Below, in pieces: positions 35,495-44,009 of a stretch of DNA of 45,375 nucleotides. The stretch spans positions 1 to 45,375 of the forward strand of contig JAVHWG010000491.1 of the NCBI GenBank assembly GCA_032159965.1, in the 5' to 3' direction. Source of the stretch: Mycobacterium sp. (lineage in GTDB: Bacteria > Actinomycetota > Actinomycetes > Mycobacteriales > Mycobacteriaceae). The position numbers and the translations under genes are program-made. The notes under the pieces were generated by a model. That model searched no databases, was not told where the DNA came from, and worked only from the letters and a program-made list of their open reading frames with translations. How positions within the stretch are numbered: position 1 is the first letter of the stretch; each line of letters begins with the position of its first letter.

Positions 35495-36704
35495 CCTCTG
35501 GGTGCCAAGCGAAAGCGGTGGCCCAATCCCAGGCCCGCCGATAGGAGTCCAGAAACCACGGCTCCTTCGCCTGGGCGTAATCGACCGTTGAAAGCGCTTC
35601 ACGCTTGGCCGCCAGATAGTCGCGCTGAGCGTCGGGGTGGCGAGTCAGCCAGTCGGTGAAGAGAAGGGCGAACTGCTGGTTGGGCCAGCCGTCAACACGA
35701 ACATGCACATTCGTGGGACGACCAGGGTCCGCTGACGAGTGAAATCGCTTGCGCCATAAGGCTATGTCGTTGGTGTGATCGAACTCGGCGACAGTACTGC
35801 GGCCGTCCGGCTTGGGTACGTCCGTGGTGACCTGGTCGATACGCGGGTAACCGCATCCGGTGAGCGCGTCGGCGACCTCGTCGGCCGCTGCCAGTGACAG
35901 GACCGTGACCTGCACTTCGATCACGTCCTTGGCGTCCAGCCCGGGCACCGCCGTCGAGCCGATGTGGTCGACCCGCAGTGCGTGGTGGCCGCACGCCGTC
36001 TTCAGCCGCTTGACGATCCGGTCCGCTTGCGCCGGCCACGAGGGGTCGGGCGGAACGATCGCGGACTGGACCTCGGCCGCTCGACCCGCGGTCAGGTTGT
36101 GCGCGAACGGAAGTATCCGCCCGGACCACAGCTCCCTAGCGCGTTCCACCAACTCGCCCTGCGATCCGGAGTTGTCCAGCCACACGTCGGCGACCGCGCG
36201 GCGCCGTTCCTCGCTGGCCTGCGCCGCGATCCGTGCGCGGGCGTCGGCCTCGGTCATACCTCGTCTGATCAGTCGTTCGACCCGCAACTCCGGATCGGCG
36301 TTGACCACCACAACCAAGGGAAACATCGGCGCCATACCGCTTTCCACGAGAAGCGGAATGTCTTCGACGATCACTGCGACACCCTCGGCGGATTCGTCAA
36401 CCGCGGCGATGATGTCCGCGCGCCGTCGCCCGACCAGCGGGTGCACGATGCCGTTCAGCGTCTTGCGCTTCTCTTCGTCGCCGAAGGCCTTCTCGGCCAG
36501 CGCCGGACGGTTCAGCGCGCCATCAGGCAGCAGAATGTCCTCGCCGAAGGCCTCGACAAGCTGGGCCAGCCCTTCGCTACCGGGTTCGACGACCTCACGG
36601 GCGATCACATCGCCGTCGACGATGATCCCGCCGCACTCGGCGAATGTCGCTGAGACCGTTGACTTTCCGGCGCCAATGCCACCGGTCAGCCCGATCCTCA
36701 GCAT
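35475..36704 (-). CDS. coaE: Dephospho-CoA kinase with C-terminal GrpB/UPF0157 domain
   Basis: IGLTGGIGAGKS Walker A; C-terminal DHIGSTAVPGLDAKDVI. Confidence 0.96.
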   Translation of the reverse strand: MLRIGLTGGIGAGKSTVSATFAECGGIIVDGDVIAREVVEPGSEGLAQLVEAFGEDILLPDGALNRPALAEKAFGDEEKRKTLNGIVHPLVGRRRADIIAAVDESAEGVAVIVEDIPLLVESGMAPMFPLVVVVNADPELRVERLIRRGMTEADARARIAAQASEERRRAVADVWLDNSGSQGELVERARELWSGRILPFAHNLTAGRAAEVQSAIVPPDPSWPAQADRIVKRLKTACGHHALRVDHIGSTAVPGLDAKDVIEVQVTVLSLAAADEVADALTGCGYPRIDQVTTDVPKPDGRSTVAEFDHTNDIALWRKRFHSSADPGRPTNVHVRVDGWPNQQFALLFTDWLTRHPDAQRDYLAAKREALSTVDYAQAKEPWFLDSYRRAWDWATAFAWHPEVRAAAR

Positions 36705-36726
36705 CCGCAGCCTAGCCAGCTGAGCG

Positions 36727-38169
36727 CTAGGCGCTGCCCGCGAGCTTCTCTCGCAGTGCGGCTAATTGCTCGTCACTGGCCAGGGAGCCACCCGACGGCG
36801 CATCATCGGACCGCGACGACCCGTTGGCCGACGGCTGCGACTCCGCCGCGGCCTCTGCGGCGGCGAACTTCTCCATCTGGGTCGTATGCATCTTGTGCCG
36901 ACGCTCGGCCTCGGCGTAGCGGTCCTCCCACTCGGCGCGCTGCTTGTCAAAGCCTTCGAGCCATTCGTTGGTCTCGGAGTCGAAGCCCTCGGGGAAGATG
37001 TAGTTGCCCTGCTCGTCGTAGCTGTCGGCCATGCCGTACTTCGACGGATCGAACTCGTCGGTGTAGTCCTCGTTGGCCTGCTTGAGACTCAGCGAGATGC
37101 GTCGACGCTCCAGGTCGATGTCGATGACCTTGACCATCGCATCGTCGCCCACCTGCACCACCTGATCGGGCACCTCGACATGGCGCTCGGCCAGTTCGGA
37201 GATGTGGACCAGGCCCTCGATCCCCTCCTCGACGCGCACGAACGCACCGAACGGGACGAGCTTGGTGACCTTGCCGGGAACGATCTGGCCGATGGCATGC
37301 GTGCGCGCGAAGTGGCGCCTCGGATCTTCCTGTGTTGGCTTGAGCGACATCGAAACGCGCTCACGATCCATGTCCACGTCGAGGACCTCGACATTGTCCT
37401 CGTCGCCCACCTGCACGACCTCGGACGGGTGGTCGATGTGCTTCCAGGACAACTCGGAGACGTGCACAAGACCGTCGACTCCGCCGAGATCGACGAACGC
37501 GCCGAAGTTGACGATGGAGCTGACGACACCCTTGCGGATCGCGCCCTTCTGCAGCTGATTGAGGAACTCGCTGCGCACCTCGGACTGCGTCTGCTCGAGC
37601 CAGGCGCGACGCGACAGCACGACGTTGTTGCGGTTCTTGTCGAGCTCGATGATCTTGGCCTCGAGCTCCTTGCCGATGTACGGCTGCAGGTCACGTACGC
37701 GGCGCATCTCGACCAGCGAAGCCGGAAGGAAGCCGCGCAATCCGATGTCCAGGATCAGGCCGCCCTTGACCACCTCGATGACGGTGCCCTTGACGGCCTC
37801 GTCCTTCTCCTTCAGCTCCTCGATCGTGCCCCACGCCCGCTCGTACTGCGCGCGCTTCTTGGACAGGATCAGCCGGCCCTCTTTGTCCTCCTTGGTGAGA
37901 ACAAGTGCCTCGACCTCGTCGCCGACGGACACAACCTCATTGGGGTCGACGTCGTGCTTGATGGACAACTCGCGGGAGGGGATGACGCCTTCGGTCTTGT
38001 AGCCGATGTCGAGTAGGACTTCATCCCGGTCGACCTTGACGATCGTCCCTTCGACGATGTCGCCATCGTTGAAATATTTGATGGTCTTGTCGATGGCGGC
38101 GAGAAAGTCCTCGCTGGAGCCGATGTCGTTGACAGCTACTTGCGGCGAGGTGACGGAGGGACTGGGCAT
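36727..38169 (-). CDS. rpsA: 30S ribosomal protein S1
   Basis: MPSPSVTSPQVAVNDIG start, four S1 repeats, LASDEQLAALREKL C-terminus. Confidence 0.98.
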   Translation of the reverse strand: MPSPSVTSPQVAVNDIGSSEDFLAAIDKTIKYFNDGDIVEGTIVKVDRDEVLLDIGYKTEGVIPSRELSIKHDVDPNEVVSVGDEVEALVLTKEDKEGRLILSKKRAQYERAWGTIEELKEKDEAVKGTVIEVVKGGLILDIGLRGFLPASLVEMRRVRDLQPYIGKELEAKIIELDKNRNNVVLSRRAWLEQTQSEVRSEFLNQLQKGAIRKGVVSSIVNFGAFVDLGGVDGLVHVSELSWKHIDHPSEVVQVGDEDNVEVLDVDMDRERVSMSLKPTQEDPRRHFARTHAIGQIVPGKVTKLVPFGAFVRVEEGIEGLVHISELAERHVEVPDQVVQVGDDAMVKVIDIDLERRRISLSLKQANEDYTDEFDPSKYGMADSYDEQGNYIFPEGFDSETNEWLEGFDKQRAEWEDRYAEAERRHKMHTTQMEKFAAAEAAAESQPSANGSSRSDDAPSGGSLASDEQLAALREKLAGSA

Positions 38170-38252
38170 ATTGTTGGCTTGCTCCGGACAGATTAAGTCG
38201 TAGGGACAGTGTGCATGGCATTGGCCGCGAACAGGTCGCGGACCTTCTGCAG

Positions 38253-38282
38253 AGGCTACTCGACGGGGTACACGCTGGACAA
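38253..38282 (-). promoter_or_regulatory. Probable rpsA promoter
   Basis: TTGTCC-N18-TAGCCT about 85 nt upstream of the ATG. Confidence 0.5.
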
Positions 38283-38291
38283 ACTCGGTCT

Positions 38292-39119
38292 TCACATACC
38301 GTGCTGGCCGGTCCGCTCCGTGACGTGCGACGTCCAAGCGGATCCGTCCCAGTACCGGAGAAGTCGCGGATCCCCGGTCGGATCCGGATACCAGCCCATG
38401 GCCTTGTGCGTGGACACAGGTGACGTGGCGGCCCTGTGCTGCGGCTTCTCCGCCGCTTTCACCGCTGATGCGTCGGGTGTCAGCAGCGCGTCGATCTCGG
38501 TGACGGTCGCGTACGTCACCTCCGGGCGACGGCGCAGGTCGCGCAGCAGCTTGCGGATATCTTTGCGCACCGTTTCGTCGGGTTCGTCCCGCAGACCTTG
38601 GCGCAGCTGGATGAGTATGCCCGCCTGGTCGGAGTGCCCGATCGGTACGTCGCCCTCGATCTGCTGACCGAGCTTCTGAAGGTATTCGTACGGGATGCGA
38701 GGCGGCTCCGGCAGCTGCTCGGGCAGCGGTTGACGTTGGGCAGCGAGATCCTGGAGAGCGAGAAGCAGACGGATGCCGGTGCGCATTGTCGGCTCTCTGA
38801 AGTCCACCATCTGCATTGAAAAGATCGGGTCGACCCGGTAACTCTCCACGTCGGCGATCTGGACCGGCAGGATCGGTATGCCCAGCGCCCGTGCGTAGGC
38901 GATCTCGGACTGGCAGGGCTTGGACTGCAGCGAGTTGTCAGAGAGGGCGAGGACGAAGACGTCGGCTTTGCGGATCTGCTCGAGAATCTTCGCCCACCAC
39001 GCGTCTCCGCCGGTGAGGTCCTGGTCCAGCCAGACGCTTTGTCGAGCGAACTCCAGGTCAGACACCAGCGACCGCACCGCGTCGCCGTCCGCGGTGGAGT
39101 AGCTGATGAAAACGCTCAC
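38292..39119 (-). CDS. TIR-domain protein with C-terminal DUF2510 domain
   Basis: VFISYS, VWLDQDLTGGDAWW..I..ADVFVLALSDNSLQSKPCQSEIAYA (TIR_2); C-terminal GWYPDPTGDPRLLRYWDGSAWT (DUF2510); GGAGG RBS. Confidence 0.88.
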   Translation of the reverse strand: MSVFISYSTADGDAVRSLVSDLEFARQSVWLDQDLTGGDAWWAKILEQIRKADVFVLALSDNSLQSKPCQSEIAYARALGIPILPVQIADVESYRVDPIFSMQMVDFREPTMRTGIRLLLALQDLAAQRQPLPEQLPEPPRIPYEYLQKLGQQIEGDVPIGHSDQAGILIQLRQGLRDEPDETVRKDIRKLLRDLRRRPEVTYATVTEIDALLTPDASAVKAAEKPQHRAATSPVSTHKAMGWYPDPTGDPRLLRYWDGSAWTSHVTERTGQHGM

Positions 39120-39246
39120 TGGACAAAACCTCCCCGGTCATGATGACCCAGCCCCGGCGATCTTGCACGAATTCTCACTCTGTCCGTCAATTCCGCCGCT
39201 GCACGCGGGCGCACCACATTTTCGCCCGAGCGGCTAGTCTGCTCCC

Positions 39247-40398
39247 GTGGCGAACCCCGGCACGTGGCAACCGCACGGGGCGTTTGGCCCGCCGTTTCAG
39301 AGGCGTGTTCGCAAGGTTGGTGCGCCACTCGGCGTGATCATCGCGCTGGGAGTCGTCGTCGGGCTCATTGCGATTCTTTTGACCGCGGTAAATCCGATCG
39401 GCTCCAGTGTCGCGTTTCTCCTGGCCACGCTCGGCATGACGATCGTTGTGCTGGCTTACCTGTGGTTGGACCGTTGGGAGCCCGAGCCGCCGCGGCTGCT
39501 GGTGTTCGCGTTCCTCTGGGGCGCGTCGGTCGCCGTCGTCGTGTCCCTGCTCTTCGAGTTGCTGTTCGACTTCCTGATCAGCCGCGGTGTCGAGGACAAC
39601 CCCGCGGCCTCGATGGCGATCGGTGCGCCGATCATCGAGGAGGCCGCCAAGGGTGCGTTCTTGCTGCTCATGCTGACCGGCCGGCGCCGCAACGAGATGA
39701 ATTCGCTCACCGACTGCCTGGTGTACGCGGGTCTGGCGGCGGCGGGTTTCGCCTGGATAGAGGACGTCCTCTACATCAGCGAGGGCGGACTGCTTGCAGC
39801 AGCGGTGCGGTTGATCATGGGACCCTTCGCGCACCCGTTGTTCACCACGATGACCGGCATCGGCGTGTATTTCGCCATGCAACAGCGGAGTTGGGGCGGC
39901 AAGGCCGGCTGCATTCTTCTGGGCTACCTCGGCGCGGTCGTCATGCACGGGCTGTGGAACGGGTCGCTGGTGTTCGGAGCCGGCGCCTACTTCCTCGTCT
40001 ACCTGGTGTGGATGGTGCCGATCTTCGGGCTGACCATCTGGCTCGCTGTCGCGAGCCGCCGCCGAGAGCAGCGCGTGGTCGCCGGGAAGCTGCCCGGAAT
40101 GGTGCAGGCCGCGGTGGTGACGGCTAACGAGGCCACGTGGCTGGGTTCACTGCCGAATCGCAAGCAGGCCATCGCTGAGGCAAAACGCCTCGGCGGACCA
40201 AAGGCAGGCAAGTCGGTGAAGAATTTCGCCGCGCAGGTCGTGGAGTTGGCGTTCGTCCGCGACCGGCTCGAACGCGGCTTCGGCGACGCGCGTGTGGTCG
40301 AGCTGCAGACCGAGGAGGCTTACGCGGTCTACGGCGCACGCGCGGCCGCGCCTGTGCTGCAGACGATGGCCGGCTACCAAGCGCCGCACCGTCGTTAG
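39247..40398 (+). CDS. PrsW family intramembrane metalloprotease
   Basis: DRWEPEP, IEEAAKG, GFAWIED, AHPLFT and MHGLWN motifs. TAGTCT 6 nt before the GTG. Confidence 0.92.
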   Translation: MANPGTWQPHGAFGPPFQRRVRKVGAPLGVIIALGVVVGLIAILLTAVNPIGSSVAFLLATLGMTIVVLAYLWLDRWEPEPPRLLVFAFLWGASVAVVVSLLFELLFDFLISRGVEDNPAASMAIGAPIIEEAAKGAFLLLMLTGRRRNEMNSLTDCLVYAGLAAAGFAWIEDVLYISEGGLLAAAVRLIMGPFAHPLFTTMTGIGVYFAMQQRSWGGKAGCILLGYLGAVVMHGLWNGSLVFGAGAYFLVYLVWMVPIFGLTIWLAVASRRREQRVVAGKLPGMVQAAVVTANEATWLGSLPNRKQAIAEAKRLGGPKAGKSVKNFAAQVVELAFVRDRLERGFGDARVVELQTEEAYAVYGARAAAPVLQTMAGYQAPHRR

Positions 40399-43136
40399 TG
40401 CGCTGCTGCGTCCCAGCTGCGGCCGTAGCCGACGGACACTTCTAGCGGAACATCGAGCGGGTAGGCACTGCCCATCTTGTCGCGGACCAGCGCTTCGAGT
40501 GCGTCATGCTCGTTGGGTGCGACCTCGAACAGCAGTTCGTCGTGCACCTGAAGTAGCATTCGCGATTTCAGCCCCGCGGCTTTCAACGCACGATCGACCT
40601 CGATCATGGCGACCTTGATGATGTCGGCCGCGCTGCCCTGGATCGGCGCGTTGAGCGCGGCGCGCTCTGCGGCCTCGCGCACCTGGCGGTTGCTGCTGTC
40701 CAACTCGGGCAGATAGCGGCGACGCCCCAGCACCGTCGACGTGTAACCGTCCTTACGGGCCTGGTCGACGACTTCGTGCAGATAGTCGCGCACTCCGCCG
40801 AAGCGCGCGAAGTACTGCTCCATCTGGTCCTTGGCCTCTTCGGTGGAGATCTTGAGCTGGGCGGCCAACCCGTAGGCACTGAGTCCGTAGGCCAGCCCGT
40901 ACGACATCGCCTTCACGCGGCGACGCAATTCTGGCGTGACTTCCTCGATCGGGACCCCGAATGCGCGGGATGCGACGAACGAGTGCAGATCCTCGCCGGT
41001 GCGGAAGGCCTCGATCAAGCCATCGTCGTGCGACAAGTGGGCCATGATCCGCATCTCGATCTGGCTGTAGTCCGCGGTCATCAGCTCGGCGTACGGTCCG
41101 TGGCCACCGATGCCGACCACAAACGCGTCGCGAATCTGGCGGCCAGCATCGGTGCGGATCGGGATGTTCTGCAGGTTGGGTTCTGTGGACGACAGCCTGC
41201 CCGTGGCGGCGATCGTCTGGTTGAACGTGGTGTGGATGCGGCCGTCGGTGGCCACCGCGTTGAGCAATCCGTCGACGGTGACCTTCAGCCGGGTCACGTC
41301 GCGGTGGGTCAGCAAGTGCTGCAGGAACGGGTGCCCGGTCTTCTCGTACAGCGACTGCAGCGCGTCGGCGTCGGTGGTGTAGCCGGTCTTGGTGCGTTTG
41401 GTCTTCGGCATCTCCAGTTCGTCGAATAGCACCACCTGCAACTGCTTGGGCGACCCGAGATTGATCTGCTTGCCGATCACCCCGTACGCCGCCTCAGCGG
41501 CATCACGTATCTGTTCGGCGAAATTGTGCTGCAGTTCAGTCAACTGAGTGAGATCTACTGCAATCCCGGCTTTTTCGATGTCGGCAAGCACACGCTGCAC
41601 GGGCAGCTCCATGTCGCCGAGAAGGGACGCGCATTCGATGCGTTCCAGCTCGGCGTCAAGTGCCTCGGCCAGGTCGACGACCGCACGCGCCCGCAGGATC
41701 TGCACCTGAACCGCCTGGTCGTCGACGCCGTCGCTGTCGTCGAGCAGCGAGAGCTGGACCTGTTCGGGATTGTCGGCACGCAGCTCGCGCCGCAGGTACC
41801 GCAGAGACAGGTCTTCCAGCGTGAAACTGCGCTGGCCCGGGCGCACCAGGTACGCGGCCAACGCCGTGTCGGATGTGACGCCCCGCAGTCCCCAGCCACG
41901 GGACGTCAAATCGTGCATCGCCCACTTCGCCTCGTGCGCGGCCTTGGGCTGGCTCTCGTCTGCGAGCCATCGACCCAGCGCCGTCTCGTCCTCGGGGGTC
42001 ATCGTGGTGGTGTCGATGTAGGCCGACTCTCCGTCGGGAGCGGCGATCGCGACCGCGGTCGCATCGCCGTCGGCCGCCGAATGAGTCCCCACCACTGACA
42101 GTCCGCTGCGCTGGCCGTCCGCCGCGTGCGTAGCGAGCCAGTCCGCCACGCTTCCCGGTTCCAGCGCACCGCCGCGGACGTCGAAGCCCTCGTCGACCTC
42201 TGGTTCGACGGCCGCCAACGTGTCGAACAACCGATCGCGGAGCACCCGGAACTCCAGGTCGTCGAACAGCCGGTGGATGTGGTCACGATCCCACGGCTGC
42301 ACGCGGAGCATGTCAGGCGTCTGTGCCAGCGGCACGTCACGCACCAGTTCGGTCAATTCGCGGTTCAACACGACGTGAGAGAGGTTGGCGCGCAACGCAT
42401 CTCCCACCTTGCCCCGCACCGATTCGACATTGTCCACCAGGGACTGCAGCGACCCGTGCTCAGCGATCCACTTGGTCGCGGTCTTCTCCCCCACGCCGGG
42501 AATGCCCGGCAGGTTGTCGCTCGGGTCGCCGCGCAGTGCGGCGAAGTCCGGATACTGCTGCGGCGTGAGCCCGTACTTCTCCACCACAGCATCGGGCGTG
42601 AAGCGCGTCAGCTCGCTGACCCCCTTGCGTGGGTACAGCACCGTCACGTCGTCGGTGACCAGCTGCAGCGAGTCGCGATCGCCGGTGACGATCAGCACGC
42701 GGAAGCCGGCCGCCTCTCCCTGTGTGGTCAGGGTGGCGATCACGTCGTCGGCTTCGAACCCGGGCTCAGCGAGCACGGTGATGCCGAGGGCCACCAGCAC
42801 TTCCTTGGTGATCTCGATCTGTCCCCGAAATTCGTCGGGTGTCGACGACCTGTTGGCCTTGTATTCCGGGTACCTCTCCGACCGGAACGTCTGCCTGGAT
42901 ACGTCGAAGGCGGCCGCGACGTGCGTCGGCGTCTCGTCGCGCAGAAGGTTGATCAGCATCGCGGTGAACCCGTAGACCGCGTTGGTGGTCAGCCCACCCT
43001 GAGTCTTGAAGTTCTCGGCCGGGAGCGCGTAGAACGCGCGGAAGGCCAACGAATTGCCGTCCAGCAGCATCAAAGTGGGTTTCTGCGCGGCCTCGACGGG
43101 GGCGGATTGAGCTGGCGCGGTCTTGGCTGGGCTCAC
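40395..43136 (-). CDS. polA: DNA polymerase I
   Basis: LLDGNSLAFRAFYA 5'-3' exonuclease, TGRLSSTEPNLQNIP, DYSQIEMR and QVHDEL motifs. Confidence 0.98.
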   Translation of the reverse strand: MSPAKTAPAQSAPVEAAQKPTLMLLDGNSLAFRAFYALPAENFKTQGGLTTNAVYGFTAMLINLLRDETPTHVAAAFDVSRQTFRSERYPEYKANRSSTPDEFRGQIEITKEVLVALGITVLAEPGFEADDVIATLTTQGEAAGFRVLIVTGDRDSLQLVTDDVTVLYPRKGVSELTRFTPDAVVEKYGLTPQQYPDFAALRGDPSDNLPGIPGVGEKTATKWIAEHGSLQSLVDNVESVRGKVGDALRANLSHVVLNRELTELVRDVPLAQTPDMLRVQPWDRDHIHRLFDDLEFRVLRDRLFDTLAAVEPEVDEGFDVRGGALEPGSVADWLATHAADGQRSGLSVVGTHSAADGDATAVAIAAPDGESAYIDTTTMTPEDETALGRWLADESQPKAAHEAKWAMHDLTSRGWGLRGVTSDTALAAYLVRPGQRSFTLEDLSLRYLRRELRADNPEQVQLSLLDDSDGVDDQAVQVQILRARAVVDLAEALDAELERIECASLLGDMELPVQRVLADIEKAGIAVDLTQLTELQHNFAEQIRDAAEAAYGVIGKQINLGSPKQLQVVLFDELEMPKTKRTKTGYTTDADALQSLYEKTGHPFLQHLLTHRDVTRLKVTVDGLLNAVATDGRIHTTFNQTIAATGRLSSTEPNLQNIPIRTDAGRQIRDAFVVGIGGHGPYAELMTADYSQIEMRIMAHLSHDDGLIEAFRTGEDLHSFVASRAFGVPIEEVTPELRRRVKAMSYGLAYGLSAYGLAAQLKISTEEAKDQMEQYFARFGGVRDYLHEVVDQARKDGYTSTVLGRRRYLPELDSSNRQVREAAERAALNAPIQGSAADIIKVAMIEVDRALKAAGLKSRMLLQVHDELLFEVAPNEHDALEALVRDKMGSAYPLDVPLEVSVGYGRSWDAAAH

Positions 43137-43142
43137 GGCCCT

Positions 43143-43164
43143 ACTCTAGGCACCGCCCCTGACA
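43143..43164 (-). promoter_or_regulatory. PafBC / RecA-NDp promoter of polA (leaderless)
   Basis: TGTCAG-N10-TAGAGT, 6 nt before the GTG. Confidence 0.8.
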
Positions 43165-43452
43165 TCACGTCAGACGTCGCTCGTTTACGACGTCGTACTC
43201 GCGCACGCTCGCGGACGTGACAGCGGCGGCCTGCTCGTCGCTCGGACCGCTGCCGCGGAATTCGTCGACGGCGCTCTGTGACACCCAGTGCTCCAAGACG
43301 TTGATGCGGCCAGGTTCAAGAAGGTCAGCGGTGATCGAGAAGTCCAAGCACCCCCGCGCCCGCCGGGCCTGGGCGACGACATCCACGCACCCGGCGAGAT
43401 AGGCGTCCCGTTCGGCTGGTACGACCACAATGTGTCCGGCGACAATCACCAT
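43165..43452 (-). CDS. Antibiotic biosynthesis monooxygenase (ABM) family protein
   Basis: MVIVAGHIVV..ARRARGCLDFSITADLLEPGRINVLEHW; GGAGGAG RBS before ATG 43452. Confidence 0.85.
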   Translation of the reverse strand: MVIVAGHIVVVPAERDAYLAGCVDVVAQARRARGCLDFSITADLLEPGRINVLEHWVSQSAVDEFRGSGPSDEQAAAVTSASVREYDVVNERRLT

Positions 43453-43520
43453 GTTCCTGCTCCTCCCCTCGATGCATTGACCGTGTACGGCGACACAACT
43501 CATCGCGCGCCTCACCGAAC

Positions 43521-43534
43521 TGGAACACGTTTCA
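43521..43534. promoter_or_regulatory. KstR operator
   Basis: TGGAACACGTTTCA fits TnnAACnnGTTnnA, inside the longer palindrome AACTGGAAC-AC-GTTTCAGTT, upstream of the Rv1628c/Rv1627c-like genes. Confidence 0.82.
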
Positions 43535-43565
43535 GTTTTCCGCCGATGATGGGTAATCTGGCGAC

Positions 43566-44009
43566 GTGCCAGAAGCTATTGACGAGGTCAAACCGGCGAT
43601 CGACGGCTGGTATGCGTTCGACGAAGCGGGATCACCACACCTGATCGGCGGGAAATGCGCGCAGTGCGGGACGTATGTCTTTCCACCGCGGGCGAACAAC
43701 TGCCCGAATCCGGCATGCGAAGGTGACGAGCTGCAGCAGGTGGCGCTGTCGCGGCGGGGGAAGGTGTGGAGTTACACCGAGAACCGGTATCCGCCGCCAG
43801 CGCCCTATCCAGCACCAGACCCGTTCGAACCGTTCGCGATCGCCGCGGTGGAACTCGCCGACGAAGGGTTGATCATCCTGGGCAAGGTGGTCGAGGGCAC
43901 GCTTGCCGCCGACCTTCGCGTCGGGATGGAGATGGAACTGACCACGATGCCGCTGTACACCGACGACGACGGGGTCGACCGGATCGTCTACGCCTGGAGG
44001 ATCGCATGA
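43566..44009 (+). CDS. Zn-ribbon/OB-fold DUF35 protein (Rv1628c-like)
   Basis: CAQCG..FPP..CPNPAC zinc ribbon, GKVWSYT and LRVGMEMEL motifs. Confidence 0.9.
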   Translation: MPEAIDEVKPAIDGWYAFDEAGSPHLIGGKCAQCGTYVFPPRANNCPNPACEGDELQQVALSRRGKVWSYTENRYPPPAPYPAPDPFEPFAIAAVELADEGLIILGKVVEGTLAADLRVGMEMELTTMPLYTDDDGVDRIVYAWRIA

